Assembly (NCBI RefSeq): GCF_009914755.1
Contig: NC_060927.1
Source of the DNA: the human T2T-CHM13v2.0 reference genome, Homo sapiens
Length of the DNA stretch: 64,000 nt
Direction: 5' to 3' (one strand)
In this document: positions 15,797 through 31,393 of the stretch, piece after piece
Numbering within the stretch: position 1 is the stretch's first letter
Layout of the letters: each line of letters starts with the position of its first letter
Made by a program: the position numbers and the translations under genes
The notes under the pieces: model-generated
Told to the model about the DNA's origin: nothing
Seen by the model: only the letters and a program-made list of their open reading frames with translations
Databases searched by the model: none

Positions 15797-15969
15797 TTCT
15801 TTTTAAAATAATAAACCTGAATTATGAATTGTTCCACCTGGAACTTCCTAATCTTTATGTAAACAATAACTACTATGGGCAATAAGCCAATTTCTTTTGG
15901 AAGGCTACATAACATAGGGGTAAGCCACAGTCTAAAGCTAGTCCCCAGCAAAAGGTGGAGAGAAGTGGG

Positions 15970-16150
15970 TCCAAAACCAGCTATGTGATTTTGGATTAGT
16001 CACTTAACTCCTCTGAACCTCAGTTTTCTTGTCTGTAAAATGGAGCTAACAGTATTTATCTCATACATTACTAAGAGAATTAAACACAAAATCCATGTAA
16101 AGTGCTTGGTGTAGTGCATGGCACAAAACATGCAGTCAATGGCAGTTATT
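15970..16150 (+). mobile_element. MIR
   Basis: cacttaactcctctgaacctcagttttcttgtctgtaaaatgg core. Confidence 0.75.
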
Positions 16151-16629
16151 GTAAATGGCTCTTTGTCAAGGTTCAAATACTTTCATGGAACTCCTGAAGT
16201 CTTCAGAGGGGCCTCACAGGTCACGTAGGCCAACAATCTCACTTTAAAAATGAAGACCCTGAGGTCTGGGGAGAGTCCCACAGGCTTCAGATCTATATCA
16301 GGTGCCTCTCAAGCCCACAGGAACCTCCCTGAGGCCCAGGAATCACCTCTCCTACATGTCTGTATCCCTGATGGCACCAAGCATGGCGCCATGTTCTTAC
16401 TGTATGTCAGCGGGAACAGTATCACTATGTGTGACAGGTACACACAGCCTTCTCATGATCAGGGCTTGGGTCCTCGCAGTCTGGGCATGGGTACTTTCAG
16501 AGCATATTGCCAGATTAAACCACTGAGCTCCCACACCAATACCATCAGAGCTGCCTAGCTAGGGTGCCCCTGTAGAGCCAGCTCTGCTCTCAGGGTGTCA
16601 GTGTGACGGTGGTGATATCGGTTGTCACT

Positions 16630-17003
16630 TAAGGATACCCACTTGTGCCAGGCCACAATGTTAAGACCTTACATGCCCCAACTCATCAGGTCTTCAAAAC
16701 AGCCTTAGGAGTGAGGTACTATTATTATCCCCATTTGACAGATAAAGAAACTAAGCTTAGAGTTCTGAGCCCATCACAGGTTTTATTTATTTAGTTATTT
16801 ATTTGAGACAGGGTCTCACTCTGTTGCCCAGGCTGGAGTGCAGTGGCACAATCATGGCTCACTGCAGCCTTGACCTGTGCTCAAGCGACCCTCCCACCTC
16901 AGCCTCCTGAGTAGCTGGGACTACAGGTGCACACCACTACACCCAGCTAATTAAAAAAAATTTTTTTTTGTAGAGACAGTCTTGCCATGTCGCTCAAGCT
17001 GGC
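16630..17003 (-). mobile_element. MIR (16630-16770) followed by a truncated AluJ (16780-17003)
   Basis: attattatccccatttgacagataaagaaactaag; Alu right arm plus partial left arm. Confidence 0.75.
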
Positions 17004-17812
17004 CACCACAGAGTTTAATAAACACTTGGCAGACTCTTTTCTTTACCTTCTCTCTTTGCTTATACTAATGGTTCAAATGTTCCTTCCCAAAATACTGCTG
17101 GGGCACAGGGACAGGCCCAGTATGAAAATCTGCCAGGCTTGGTACAGGTGGGCACCAGGAGACACTAAGGGGAAGAAGAACTCTTCTGCACTCTCGGACC
17201 TGCTCTGGGGGCAGGGGGCAGAAGCTCTAGGCAAGAGAAGCGATCCTGAGTCCTAACCATCTAAGCCTGTAGATGAGGCACAGTGGTATCCAAAACGTCC
17301 TGTTGGTTTAGGTTATAGGTAAAATCTAGCTGAGCAGAATGGAGAACTCTGACCTCACAAATGAGAACATATCTGGCTTTGATACATAGGATCTAGTTTT
17401 TCTCGAAAAGTTGTATAACAGGATTCTGTGAATTCTGAGACTTAAGTCTCACATATTTTACTACTTTTTCAAGTATCACAAGAGGAATAAGGAGAAATCC
17501 AGCATGTGCCTTACCACAACTGAGTGCATTACATCCGGCAAGCAAACAAGCATGGAGAGAAGGGAAAGTGCCCAGAATGGAGGAGCTCATGAAGTGTCTT
17601 AGCAGAGACAACGTGGCAATATCATCACGTGTGCAGCTCTGGTGGCATGGGCAGCAGCACTGACCCCAGAAGAGCCAGAAAATGAAAGTCCAATGGCCTG
17701 AGTGTGAAGGAATTGAGTAGAAAAGATTATGCGCCACTCCACACATCAGCTGTAGAATCCACAGTGCTCTAGATGGAAAAGTGTATCACCTGAAAGACTA
17801 GCCTGACACTCA

Positions 17813-18115
<303 letters not shown>

Positions 18116-18417
18116 GACCATTTTGGGTTCATCCCTACTTTCTCAGAACTCTCAACTGTGTGCTAGAAGTCAACTGAGGAAGAAAACCAAAACCACAGCA
18201 GAATAGAGAGAGTGGAACACAATGGTGGAGCCTGTGCTCTGCTGGCATGTGAGCCCCTCCAGGCTGCTGTCCTCACTCTGACCCTCACCTAGGACAGGTA
18301 TTTATTCTCTAAGCCTTAGTTTCTCAACCCTAAAATAGAAACAGACAGTGTCAGCCTTTCAGGGTTGTTGTTAAGCATTAAATAAGGCAGGTAAAGCATT
18401 CAGCATAGGGTCTAGCA

Positions 18418-18632
18418 CAGTGGTTGTCAACTGGGGGCAATTTTGTCCCCCAGGGGACATTTGGCAACGTCTGGAGACATTTTGGGGTGCTCCACTGAGG
18501 GGTGGTTGCTACTGGCATCTAGTGGTTTGAGGTCAGAGATGCTGCTAAACATCCTACAATGCACAGGACAGCCCCTACAACAAAGAATTGAGCAGCCCAA
18601 AATGTCCACAGTGCAAAGATTTAGAAACCCTG
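18418..18632 (+). mobile_element. MER20 DNA transposon nested in a MIR
   Basis: cagtggtt...ggacatttggcaacgtctggagacatttt...gatgctgctaaacatcctacaatgcacagga...aaaccctg. Confidence 0.88.
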
Positions 18633-18722
18633 GCCTGGCATAGAGCAAGCACTCCATAAATATGAGCTATAAAATTCTATTTATGATTATAACAATAAAC
18701 CAGTTGCAGTTTCTTTCTCTCA

Positions 18723-18962
<240 letters not shown>

Positions 18963-20581
18963 CTATAAATTTGATCTCAAAGGCCAGTCAAGTAATAGAA
19001 CTCTCTTGAGTTCTATTCAGCAATGCCTTACCCTCTGGGAAATGGCACTAGTCACTTAGACCCAACTCCACTGCAGCATCTACCTGCAAAGTGTTCCCAA
19101 CACTTCACTTAACTGGAAGAACATAATTCTTCTCGGCAGGCAGAATGTAATTTCCATAACAGATGTACACTAGCTCAATTACCACAGCCATGTCTGATAC
19201 ATTCTCAAAAGGTGTGTATTTGGCCAAAGGAACGGCTCTTCCACCTAGTCAGCACCCTGCAAAGATCTATGTATCCTAACTGTGTTAATATCCAAGGACT
19301 TGCCGTCATCAAGGACTGTGGGTTTTCTATAAACCCCGGAAACCTGTGCCATTAATGATTACAAAGCACAATTGAGCTGCTGGCTCTCTCCTCTTCGCCA
19401 GGGCAAGAGCTACTACAGATAGGGGAAGAAAGGGTAGGGTGATAAGAGGGCCCACCCCTCCCTCCACCCATCCAGGACAAAAGAATGGCTTCTGGCCAGG
19501 AGCAGCCAGATGGGTTTTGTCTGCAGATTGAGGAGGAAAGTCCAAAAAAGCCCCTTTTCACAAGCTCCCTTCGACCCTCTTTCCCTCCTGAGAACAGCAG
19601 TGCACACTGGTTCAAGAAAGACTGGCACCTCTAGACTTGCTTTCAACCTGGCAATATCAAGGCTGCTCCTGTAGTAAAGGCACAGGGCAAGGAAAAAGAA
19701 GAGTCTCACTTTAGTAGGTGTGGGCCCCTCTGCTCTCCACTCCCAACCATGCCTGAGACAAAGCCCATCATCCACCAGCCTTCTTTCTTCATGCTCCAAG
19801 CCCTTAAAGCTCCAGCGGCACTGCTGTGAGCCACCCACCTGATGCCAGTGTCCTCTGTGAGAAGTACCCTTTACATAAATCATTACTAAGAATCTTAATT
19901 TATCTTCCTAAACATTAATGAAAACTACAACTGCTTTGCACTGTAAAATGTTCTGGTAACTATCTGATCTTAAATTTCATTTTTAAAAATAGCACTTGTA
20001 CTCTAGTTGTATTTTTATTAGAACTAGAAATATGAACTAGAACTAGGAAACAATGAGATGGAAATGAAGCCTAAATTGCTAAAACTGAACACATACCTAC
20101 TCTGACTTGATTCATGCCCTCTGAATTATGTGAGATTTCAATCTAAGTTTAAAACAGGCTTGGCAGAGTTTCCACCTATTCTGCAAAAAAAAGATGGAAA
20201 TCCAGGGAAAATAATACATATACAATTTGATTCCCACCCCACCCCCCACTGATTTTTTTCTCCTTTACAAGACTATCAGATGACCAAAGATCAGTTTGAA
20301 ACAGGCTTGCCCACTGAATGTCTAAAAGGGGTTTTTGATGTTTGACAATGAAGTCCAGTGTGTGGCCCTCACCAGGTCCCTAGAAACACCTACGGTCTCA
20401 GTGTATGGAACACAATGGACCTGGCAGCTAGAGAAGCAGTGCTAAGGCCACCCTTCTGGTGCTTCCACCTCCTGCACAGGCATGGGTACTGTGAATGCAG
20501 ACCACACGGCGGTGGGAACAAGAAGAAAAACCAGTTGGAGAAACAAAGATCATATAAAAAGTTAAAAGCCATGATTCTTAC

Positions 20582-20683
20582 CTGGGCCAAAGAGAAAATG
20601 TACAATCCCCAGTGAGGCAACCACAGCACGAGAAAAGCTGTCAGAACGCTCTTAAGAATTACCGACAGGCTCTCTGCAATCAC
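20582..20683 (-). CDS. RFT1: RFT1 exon 5 (102 nt, [34 protein letters not shown])
   Basis: Acceptor tttgcag|GTG; donor CAG|gtaaga; lies within ORF 20390..20800. Confidence 0.95.
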
Positions 20684-21217
20684 CTGCAAACATGTGGTTA
20701 AGGTGCAGTTTACAAACATCATCAAAAAGTCAAGATGTAATGGAATGATAGACAGAAAATCTAGGGCAGTGGTCACCCTGGCTGTGGGGGCAGGGCACAC
20801 AGCTGGACATAAGTATCAGTAACGTTTTACTTCTTGGGTAGGGTGGTGGGTTCATGGATCTTTCAGTATATTATGCTTTAAGATTTACATTAAATATATA
20901 TTCTTTTGTAATCTATTATAAAAGATGAAGACAGAAAAGTTAATGTTAGTATACAACTAAATATAACCACTAGAAAAATCTGAAAAACCTTTACGGTCCT
21001 TCTAAATTCTGACTTGAACTAATAAATTATTAGCAAATCTGTTTTTTATTTATGGTGAAACAGAGGTGAACTTTAGCCTAGCCCATCTGACAAATTTCAA
21101 GTGTAAGAACTTAACTGACCATGTTATCTTTTTCTAAATACATTTTTAGGTGCAAGTCTGGAAAAATCATTCATTCTCTCCTATAAAAGCATTTTTAAAA
21201 AACAACGCTTTTTCTTA

Positions 21218-21469
<252 letters not shown>

Positions 21470-21539
21470 TCACTAAATTTTAAAATAAATATAAATATAT
21501 ATTAAAATAGTAACACTGAACAGAAAAAAATAGTTATAA

Positions 21540-21780
21540 TACAAACAGCTACCATTTATTTATAAGATACTAACTACATGCCAGGCACTATGATTCACGC
21601 CGCTTATCTCACTGACACCTCACAATGATCCTCTGTCATTATCTCCATTAAAAAAATGAAACTGAGGCTGACAGGCACTGGGCAATTTGGCCAAGGTCAT
21701 GAACAGCTAATCAAGGGCAGAAGCAAGACCCAACCCTGCAATAACTCCAAAGCCTAAACTTCTATCCACTGGGTTACACA
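21540..21780 (-). mobile_element. MIR
   Basis: attatctccatt...gaaactgaggct...ttggccaaggtcat. Confidence 0.65.
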
Positions 21781-22605
21781 TACTGACCCCATAAGCAAAA
21801 TTCCCAGAAAGAAAATGCCTGTTGTTAGAATGACTGACAGACTGTATACAGCTGTTCCTTGCATCCCAAATAACCAACAGAGCAGTGCTCAGTATCCTTT
21901 CGCATGTTTCACATGTGTACCATGGGGCACTTAAATATGACTGGGTGGTTAACAGTTGTTCCTCTAATAAAATGAACACCTACCAGCCCTCATGACAGTC
22001 ATTTCTGTGAGGCAATAAGGAGTTATGCAAGGGCAGCACTGGGAAATAACCTCAAACCCCAGCCCTCCCTGTGGGGACCTAGCTGGAGAAAAGCCATTGC
22101 AATTTTAAGCTAATGTATTTGATCTTCAAGAATATCCTAAAAGACTCAGAACTGAAGTCACATAACAATACTGAAGAAAAATGTAATAAAACCCATAAAA
22201 GGCTTTCAAGAAATACTAAATCTAAGTGGCTGTTAAAAGCTCAAAAGATATTATAGAGCAAAAAGATTAGGAATAAAAAAGATGGCACAGGCCAAGTGGA
22301 GCCCACAGTGGTGGTCAGAAACAGCAAGAAACCACCTCCAAAGAGGATGAAACCAGGGCTAGAAACCTGGCCCAGAAACCCCAACCCAGAACCTCTTCCT
22401 GGCTCCTGGATACCCAGAGAGAAAATGAGCCAAGAAGTTCCTTTGACACAAACACTGTCCCCGTCTTGTTGTATGCCTGCTCCCAGAAACCCATGACGAA
22501 ACTGAATCTGGGGGCAATTCAGCTTTAGGCACGTGTTACTGTTTCATTTCCAATGCTCACTACACCTGCCTTCCTGAAACGTGTCTCCTGCCAAAGCACA
22601 ACTCA

Positions 22606-22743
<138 letters not shown>

Positions 22744-23562
22744 TCAATAAGGTCTCAAGTTTTTTCATAGAGAGAACTTCTGGGATTTTTCCAGCAACAG
22801 GGAGGAGATAAAGTCTTGGTCATAAACCACTGGTGGTGATGTGGAAGGCAGTGGGCTCTTACAGGACCCCCTACCGGTCTGATCCATGAGAACTAATGAG
22901 TTAGGAACCAAATGAAAGACACCTGAGGGTGTGTGCCTACAGTTACGTGAAGGATAGAAACTGCTGCAGTGGCCTCAAAAGGCTTCAGCCTTCATGGCTA
23001 CAGGCAGAGGTGTGGCCATGACCACAAGGAGGAGAAGAAGATAAGATTATAACCCCACCCTTCTTGGTCACACTGACACGAGTGACCGATGGCCCCTGTG
23101 AGAAAAGCTGAGCCTCTACCGAGTGGAGGCTCTGGCCAAAAGAATCTCAAGACAGGCAACAAGGCTGGCAACCATTACAGAGGCTGCTGCAACCCAGATC
23201 AGCAAGGCGTGCCTGGGTACCTCCCAGGTGGGCAGCACCTGGGTGAGCCTTCCTGCATCTTAGCGAGGAGTAGCTGAGATCTCCCCTCCTCAATAGACAG
23301 CCGTCTGGGTGAAGCCAGAGTAGGGACAGCCCAGGGTTAAGGTCTCTGGGGTTGTCCAAGGATTATCCTGCTACCCAGTGCCTCTGTGGAACACTGCAAA
23401 TAAGGAGATGGAACCAAACCTTAAGCAGGGGAGCAGGGCAGGCCAGACAAGGGCTGTCAAAGCAGGACCTGCCAATCTCAGGAAGGCTGCCTGGGGAGAA
23501 AAATCTGAGCCCCTAGGAGGATTTGCCCCTCTTCCTTCCTGCTTTTAAAACAGTATTTCTTA

Positions 23563-23900
<338 letters not shown>

Positions 23901-24791
23901 ACATATTTCTCAAAGAATGGTCCCTGTTTCAAAATCACCTAAGGAGCTTATAAAAATTCAGATTCCTGGGCCCCTGTTCAGCACTATGTAGTGCAAAACT
24001 CCACAGATGATTCCTTTGCTCAAAGCTTGAGTCCTGCCACTAAGCTCTGAGACCAGAGCCAAGAGTATATGTTTGGTAAGTATTAGACATGAAATGCTGT
24101 CTGGAACATATTGTCTTATTTATCAGGACATGAAGACACACCTGAGAAGCTGAGCTATTCTGAGCACTCACATCATTTCATATACTTTGTGTCATTTGTG
24201 AAGACAAAATATGCGTGGGTGTCCTTGAACAGAAAGGAGGCGAGTAGAAGAAACAAGCTGAGTCTAAAAGACAAAGAAGTCATCTTTCCAAGAGCCTCCA
24301 AGAAACTGATGACAAAGACTCAAGCTCGAATCCCAGTTGCCATATCCCAATTATAAAATCACTGAGGAGGGAAGGAAGGTGGCTGCTCCAGCCCTGCCAT
24401 TATGAAGCGCATCCTCACAAACTACTGAATTTCTGTTTCCTTTGCTGTCAGCAGGACAAGAACATAGGATTATATCTGAGAGAGAGTTTTTAATGAATTA
24501 CTCCCACTCTTCTCCTTCCTGACTTCCAAGAGCAGGAAAACCAGAACAGCTGGCAAAGAAATGTGCATTTGGAGGCTGCTAATGGAAAACACTCCATGAG
24601 TCCATTAAAAGCAACATCGCCTGCGCGTCCCTCCACTCCTGCACGCTTCTCCTCAGCCTACTGCTAAGACATTCTGCTTCTGATAAAGGTCCATGCTTCT
24701 AGAATCCAAGGATGACAAACAGGTACAGAGTTTGAAGAAAGCCTGGCTAGGAAGGTGAACTCTGACAGTGCCAGGGTGCATCTCCTCCTAC

Positions 24792-24877
24792 CTTACATTT
24801 ACTACGCCAACGATTTCCTTTGACAGGAAGCGAAGAATAAATGCATTCAAGACAAAGGTGATCAACCGAAACAACAC
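24792..24877 (-). CDS. RFT1: RFT1 exon 2 (86 nt, VLFRLITFVLNAFILRFLSKEIVGVVNV)
   Basis: Acceptor ttttctatag|GTG; donor AAG|gtagga; frame continuous with exon 1. Confidence 0.95.
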
Positions 24878-25893
24878 CTATAGAAAAAGAGGAAAAATAC
24901 GTAAGAATAAATGACGTTAGAAGTGTTTACTTAGCTGAAATGAGAACAATGTGGCTGTTCTTCCTAATGTGATGTAATGACATACAGCAGCTTTTTCACG
25001 GAGACTCTCCTCTAAGACGCCCAACCTGTCTGCATTTCTCCTGAAATTTCATTCCATGGTATCTCTCAGCACTCCCGTGCAGCAGTCAAAGAACCCAGGA
25101 AGGCACTTGAAAGGCTCCCTAATTTATTAATAACATTTAAGAGGCCCCAATAGACTCACTGAGTTTCTACAAAGTCAAGCCCTTGAGGAAGCAGAAAGAG
25201 AATTCTAGTTAGTGGTTCACCTTGCCGGGCCCTGGCCACACTCCCCCACCCCAGCCTGTTTAGAAATAGCACACGCTTAGCAAGTGGGAGCCTTAAGGGT
25301 ATAGCAGACTCACCAGAAATCATGGGGACTAATTTCTCTTTTCTCCTCTGCCTCATAATATCTAGGAATTTCAATAATGACATTTATATCGTTCTGAACT
25401 TCAGTTTTCTCAATTAGAACATAGAAAATGTATTTCTTTATTGAATACTTGTCTCTTTCCAGGGAGAAGTTGAAATACCTTTTAAATGATGCTGCAAAAA
25501 TAAGATAACGTAATGTAACATGGGGGGAAGGGAGAGAGTGTCCAATTATTGCCGCTTGAAAGGGACATTTCCTGAGACTTTCCAATCTGTCAATTCAAGA
25601 AAACCATCTAAGCAAAGAACTTCTCCCATGAGACACAGAGAACAAGAAGACTGTAATTAAACAGGGTTGCTAAATGGGGATGCTGGGAAGAGTGCAAACC
25701 TCATTCACTGAATGACTCCCTTCTGCATCCCAGCAGCAAATGAAAATCACTTCTGTGTCAAGCACCCTCAGAGTTATCTGTGAAGAGTTGCAATTTGGAA
25801 GATTTGATCTAAGCATATCAATGGACTACTGTGGTCTGAAAATCTCTGGGGACAGCTATGACCAAAAAGGGACATTGTGTAACACTGTACCTA

Positions 25894-27218
<1,325 letters not shown>

Positions 27219-27405
27219 TTAACCTCAAAGTTACCACTGTCTAAGAAACTTAATGTTCCAGGCCATATCCATATCTCCTAATTGGTTTGAATAAAGGTTG
27301 CAGCTAATGAAGCTGAGGTTGCTTACGCCACCCAGTATTTGCCACACACTGCAGTCCTTATTAGCAACACAGCCTTCATTTACTTCTGCAAAGAACTTTA
27401 CAGCT

Positions 27406-27693
27406 TTTGTTTTAAGACAGGGTCTCACTCTGTTGCTCAGGCTGGAGTGCAGTGGCATAATCACAGCTCACTGAGGCCTCAACCTCACAGACTCGAGATC
27501 ATCCCACCTCAGCCTCCTGAGTAGCTCGGACTACAGGTGCATGCCACCACGCCCATCTAATTTTTGTATTTTTTGTAAAGACAAGGTTTCACCATGTTGC
27601 CCAGGCTGGTCTTTAACTCCTGAGCTCAAGCAATCCTCCTGCCTTGGCCTCCCAAAGTGCTGGGATGACAGGCATGAGCCACCGCGTCCAGCC
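27406..27693 (-). mobile_element. AluJ
   Basis: Reverse dimer; TSD aactttacag. Confidence 0.88.
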
Positions 27694-27719
27694 AACTTTA
27701 CAGTTTTAACAAAAAGGCT

Positions 27720-28820
27720 CTCTCACATCTGTTAAATTATTTGACACTAAAAACAACGAGGTAAATGCACAGGAAGCAAGACTGAGGGTTAAGTGATTTC
27801 CTCACTGTCACACGGCAAGTAAATGACCCAGCTTGACCTTACAGGTAAGCCACCTGACTCGTAGTCCAGTGTGTTTTCCGTTATAACTTGTTTTCGTTTT
27901 ATGAAGCCTATCTGAGTAGTAAGTTATTATCAAAGGCTGAAAAAAAACCAACATTGTGGATAAAACAATAAACTCAGTTATTTATGTAGTGAAACAGAAA
28001 AAAAAAATCCCTAGGTAAACTTAGAATGGCTAACATTTACTAAGCACATATCACGTGCAAGGCACTCTTCAACATGCTTTCCATAGGTTATCTCATTTCA
28101 TTCCTACATTGACTATTTTAAAAATACTTATTACCCTAATAAAAATAGCTACATTTATTAAGTACTTGTAGTGTGCCAGGCACTTAAGAGGCATGATTTC
28201 ATCTAATCTTCCTAATGACCCTGTGAGGTTGCACTATGATTCTCATTTAAGATGAAGAAACTGATACAGAAGTCATCGGATTTATCCCGAAGGCAGGCAT
28301 CTAGCAAGTGACAAGGCCCAAACTCAAGCCCCATTCTGCTTGGTTCTTTCTTCTGCCCTCCATGTGCCTCTCTAAGATAAGGGGTAGGGTAGATTCGGGA
28401 CTTGTGTGAAGTAGGGTTGATTGGCTCAAGAGTGAGACAGAGAGATACTGAGCCACTTGACTTAAGAGGTTCAGCTCCTGGGGTTGAAAGAATCTTCAGA
28501 TACCATTTGGACTAACTGGCCTGTATCATACCTGACAGATGACAAAAATTAGGGCCAAGAAGGGAAGTGACTTGTCCAAGATCACATAAACAGAAGATGC
28601 AGCCAACATGTATTAAATGCATACTAAGAGCCGGGTACTGTGTTAAGTACGTTTATTTGAATGATCCCAATCAATCCCTGCTTATGAGCTAAGTACGACA
28701 TATTATTACCCCCATTTTACTAGTGAGGAACTCAGGCTCTGCAGGTGAAGTCACTTGTCCTGGGTCACGGAGCAATCCAAGCCTAACTCCAGATTTCTCT
28801 TCTTAGCTATGCCATATGGT
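27720..28820 (-). mobile_element. Cluster of MIR fragments in RFT1 intron 1
   Basis: Repeated MIR cores (cccattttac...gaggaactcaggct...gaagtcacttgtcc). Confidence 0.6.
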
Positions 28821-28989
28821 CTCTCGGAACTCAGTGGGACTCAAAGTTTGAGGAAGGTGTTTGATGAAGGAAATGAACCCCTTGCCTGAAAAATATCAGA
28901 TTCTCGAGCACGAAATACCAGTCCCTCACCCCCGCCACCTGATCTAATTCACTCCTACTGTCATATGGGAAATAGAATGCTCAGAAGGA

Positions 28990-29560
28990 AAGCGGCTTGT
29001 CTGCAGTCACCCGGCCTAGACTCTAAAGGCAGGCTCCTATCTCCGGGCCAGGGTCCCCCTTCATCAATGCCACCGTCTCCGGTCGACCCCCCCACCCCCT
29101 CCATTGCGGGGTCCACCTCGGGACTGGGTCGGCCCTGGGGCAGGCTCTCAAGGGCCCAAGGGCTGCCATCCCGCGAATCCCGGCTGCAGTACAAGCTGGA
29201 ACCTGAAGGGCAGAGAGTACCTGCAGGAGGAGACCGGAGGAGGCCAGCCGGGCCGCGTGGCCCAGCACCTCCTGGCTGCCCATAGCCTCCGCGCCAGGCT
29301 CAGACACCAGGAAATGCCGCCGCCACTCCGTTTAGTCGCGATAAGATGGCGTCACGGCGCGCCTCGCTGTCTGATTGATGGCCTTGAGAGAGGGGGGCGG
29401 GGCACGAGAAGTTCTGGTCCTTTAAGTGGGCCTGTCTCGGGCCGTCTGTTATGGCGCCTGGCTCTTTCTATTTCGGTAGGTTTTGCGCTGTCTGTCGCTT
29501 GTGCGCTGTCTGTCCCTCTCTTCCCCGTATAAACGAAATAGTGTGGCGAGTACTAAGAGA
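28990..29560. promoter_or_regulatory. RFT1: RFT1 CpG-island, TATA-less promoter
   Basis: High CpG density around the ATG; YY1-type AAGATGGCG at 29343, TCGCGA core at about 29337, GC box GGGGCGGGG at about 29394. Confidence 0.88.
29221..29283 (-). CDS. RFT1: RFT1 coding exon 1 (c.1-63, MGSQEVLGHAARLASSGLLLQ)
   Basis: ATG at 29283-29281 (context gaggctATGG); donor CAG|gtactc; lies in the CpG island. Confidence 0.96.
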
Positions 29561-30365
29561 TACCGTTAAAGAATCCAAAGTTCCTTCTCTGAGGCTTTCA
29601 GCCACCAACCAAGAAGCACTAACTTTCCTGGCCTCATCTGCCAAAAGGGGAACAAACTTCTCACTGGCCTGTTAAGAAGATTCTCACCATTGACCTTTGC
29701 TTACAGAATCACAGCCACAGACCCTCTGAATTAGGCTGGACAGGAATTGTCCTCATTTAACAGAGAAAGAACTGAGGACCAGAAGTTAGATATAGCACTG
29801 TTATGTGTATGGTTTTGTGAAATCCTTCCGAAAGCTCTGAGAATTGGCCCCTGTGGTTAGAGATGAGTAAAGCCTTGGAGATGGGAAGTGACTTGTTCGA
29901 ATCTACACAACTTGTTTCCTGACTAAGTGGATACCAGGCTCCTGATCCTAAACTTATCACTCTTGCCTGTATGCTAGAAATTGTGAGGGCAGAGTGGAAG
30001 AAGGACTGGAAGTGCTTTGTAAAAAAATGTAAAGCGCCCAACATACACAATCAGCTGCTGCTCTGTCAGTGTTCTTATTATCTACCAAGCAGGCTGTAGG
30101 AAGCCCAGTCTTTCCCCAATCTCTTTCAGGCCTCACATGATTTGGCCCCAACCTATCTTCTACTACCTTTCACACGATCATTGCCCTTCCCAACACTATC
30201 TAGGCCATAGCCATTCCGAGTCCTTACTGGTCCTCAAACAGGCGGTGACTCACTGGCCTTTGCTCCTCCACCCTCTTTGTCCAAAGTGTCTTCCCTGACA
30301 GCACCCCTTGCCCTCCTAGACCACACTGTCTTGACTTTCCTGGCCAACCACAGCTGGTACCTGCT

Positions 30366-30748
30366 GTGGACTAAATGTTTGTGTACCCTCAAAATTCATA
30401 TGTTGAAGCCTAATCCCCAGTGTGATAGTATTAGGAGGTAAGGCCTTTGGGAAGTAATTAGGTCCTGAAAGTGGAGCCGTCATAATGGGATTCGTGTCCT
30501 TATAAAAAGAGATGTCAGAAAAATGATCTCTGTGTTTACTATTTGAGGATACAGCAAGAATGTAGCTGTCTGCAACCACGAAGAAGGCTTTGTAAAATGT
30601 AAGGCGCCCAACATACACTTAACAGGAACCAAACTGGCTAGCACCTTGATCTTGGGCTTCCAGCCTCCAGAGCTGTGAGAGAAATTTCTGTTTTTGACTT
30701 ACCCAGTCTATGGTATTTTGTTACAGCAGCCCAAGCAAATCAAGACAG
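30366..30748 (+). mobile_element. MaLR solo LTR (MLT1A-like)
   Basis: tgtggactaaatgtttgtgt...aaaattcatatgttgaa...ccagcctccagagctgtgaga...tatggtattttgttacagcagccc. Confidence 0.85.
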
Positions 30749-31049
30749 TACCCCTAAAATACTCTGTACCCCTTTATAGTTCCTAATGCAATCTGCATTA
30801 TAGCAGAAAGACTAGAATATGTGTCTCTATATAATCAGCCCATGAGCTCCAAGAGGGCAGAAGTGCAGCCTGCCTGGTTTTGCTTCCTGAAGTAGCGGTA
30901 CAGAACATTCTTAGGGCTCCTATAAATGTCTCCTGACACATGACTGCTGCTACTGCTGCTGGAAGCAGACTGTGGAACTCAAAGCCTATCACTCCCATCT
31001 TGCCAGGTGAAATGAGCTCTGTCTTAGTGTGGAGGCCCAGAATGTGAGC

Positions 31050-31070
31050 TTTTCTTTTTCCTTTCTTTTC

Positions 31071-31103
<33 letters not shown>

Positions 31104-31393
31104 GAGACAGGGTCTCGCTCTGTCTCCCAGGCTAGGGTGCAGTGGTACAGTCTTGGTTCACTGCCGCTTCCACCTCCTGGCCTCAGGTAATCCTCCCACC
31201 TCAGCCTTCCGATTAGCTGGGACTACAGGCGTGCAGCACCAGACCTGGCTGATTTTTTCTGTGATTTTTGTAGAGATGGGTTTTTCCCACGTTGCTCAGG
31301 CTGGTCTCCAACTCCTGGACTCAAGTGATCCGCCCACCTCAGCTTCTCAAAGTGCCGAGATTACAGGCATGAGCCACCGCACCGCACCCTGCC
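31050..31393 (-). mobile_element. AluJ
   Basis: (TTTTC)n tail; TSD agaatgtgagctttt. Confidence 0.9.

Noticed and set aside
29023-29307. 94-aa ORF as an alternative RFT1 product
   Set aside because: It is exon 1 read through into intron 1 from a non-ATG upstream start; there is no evidence for a real isoform.
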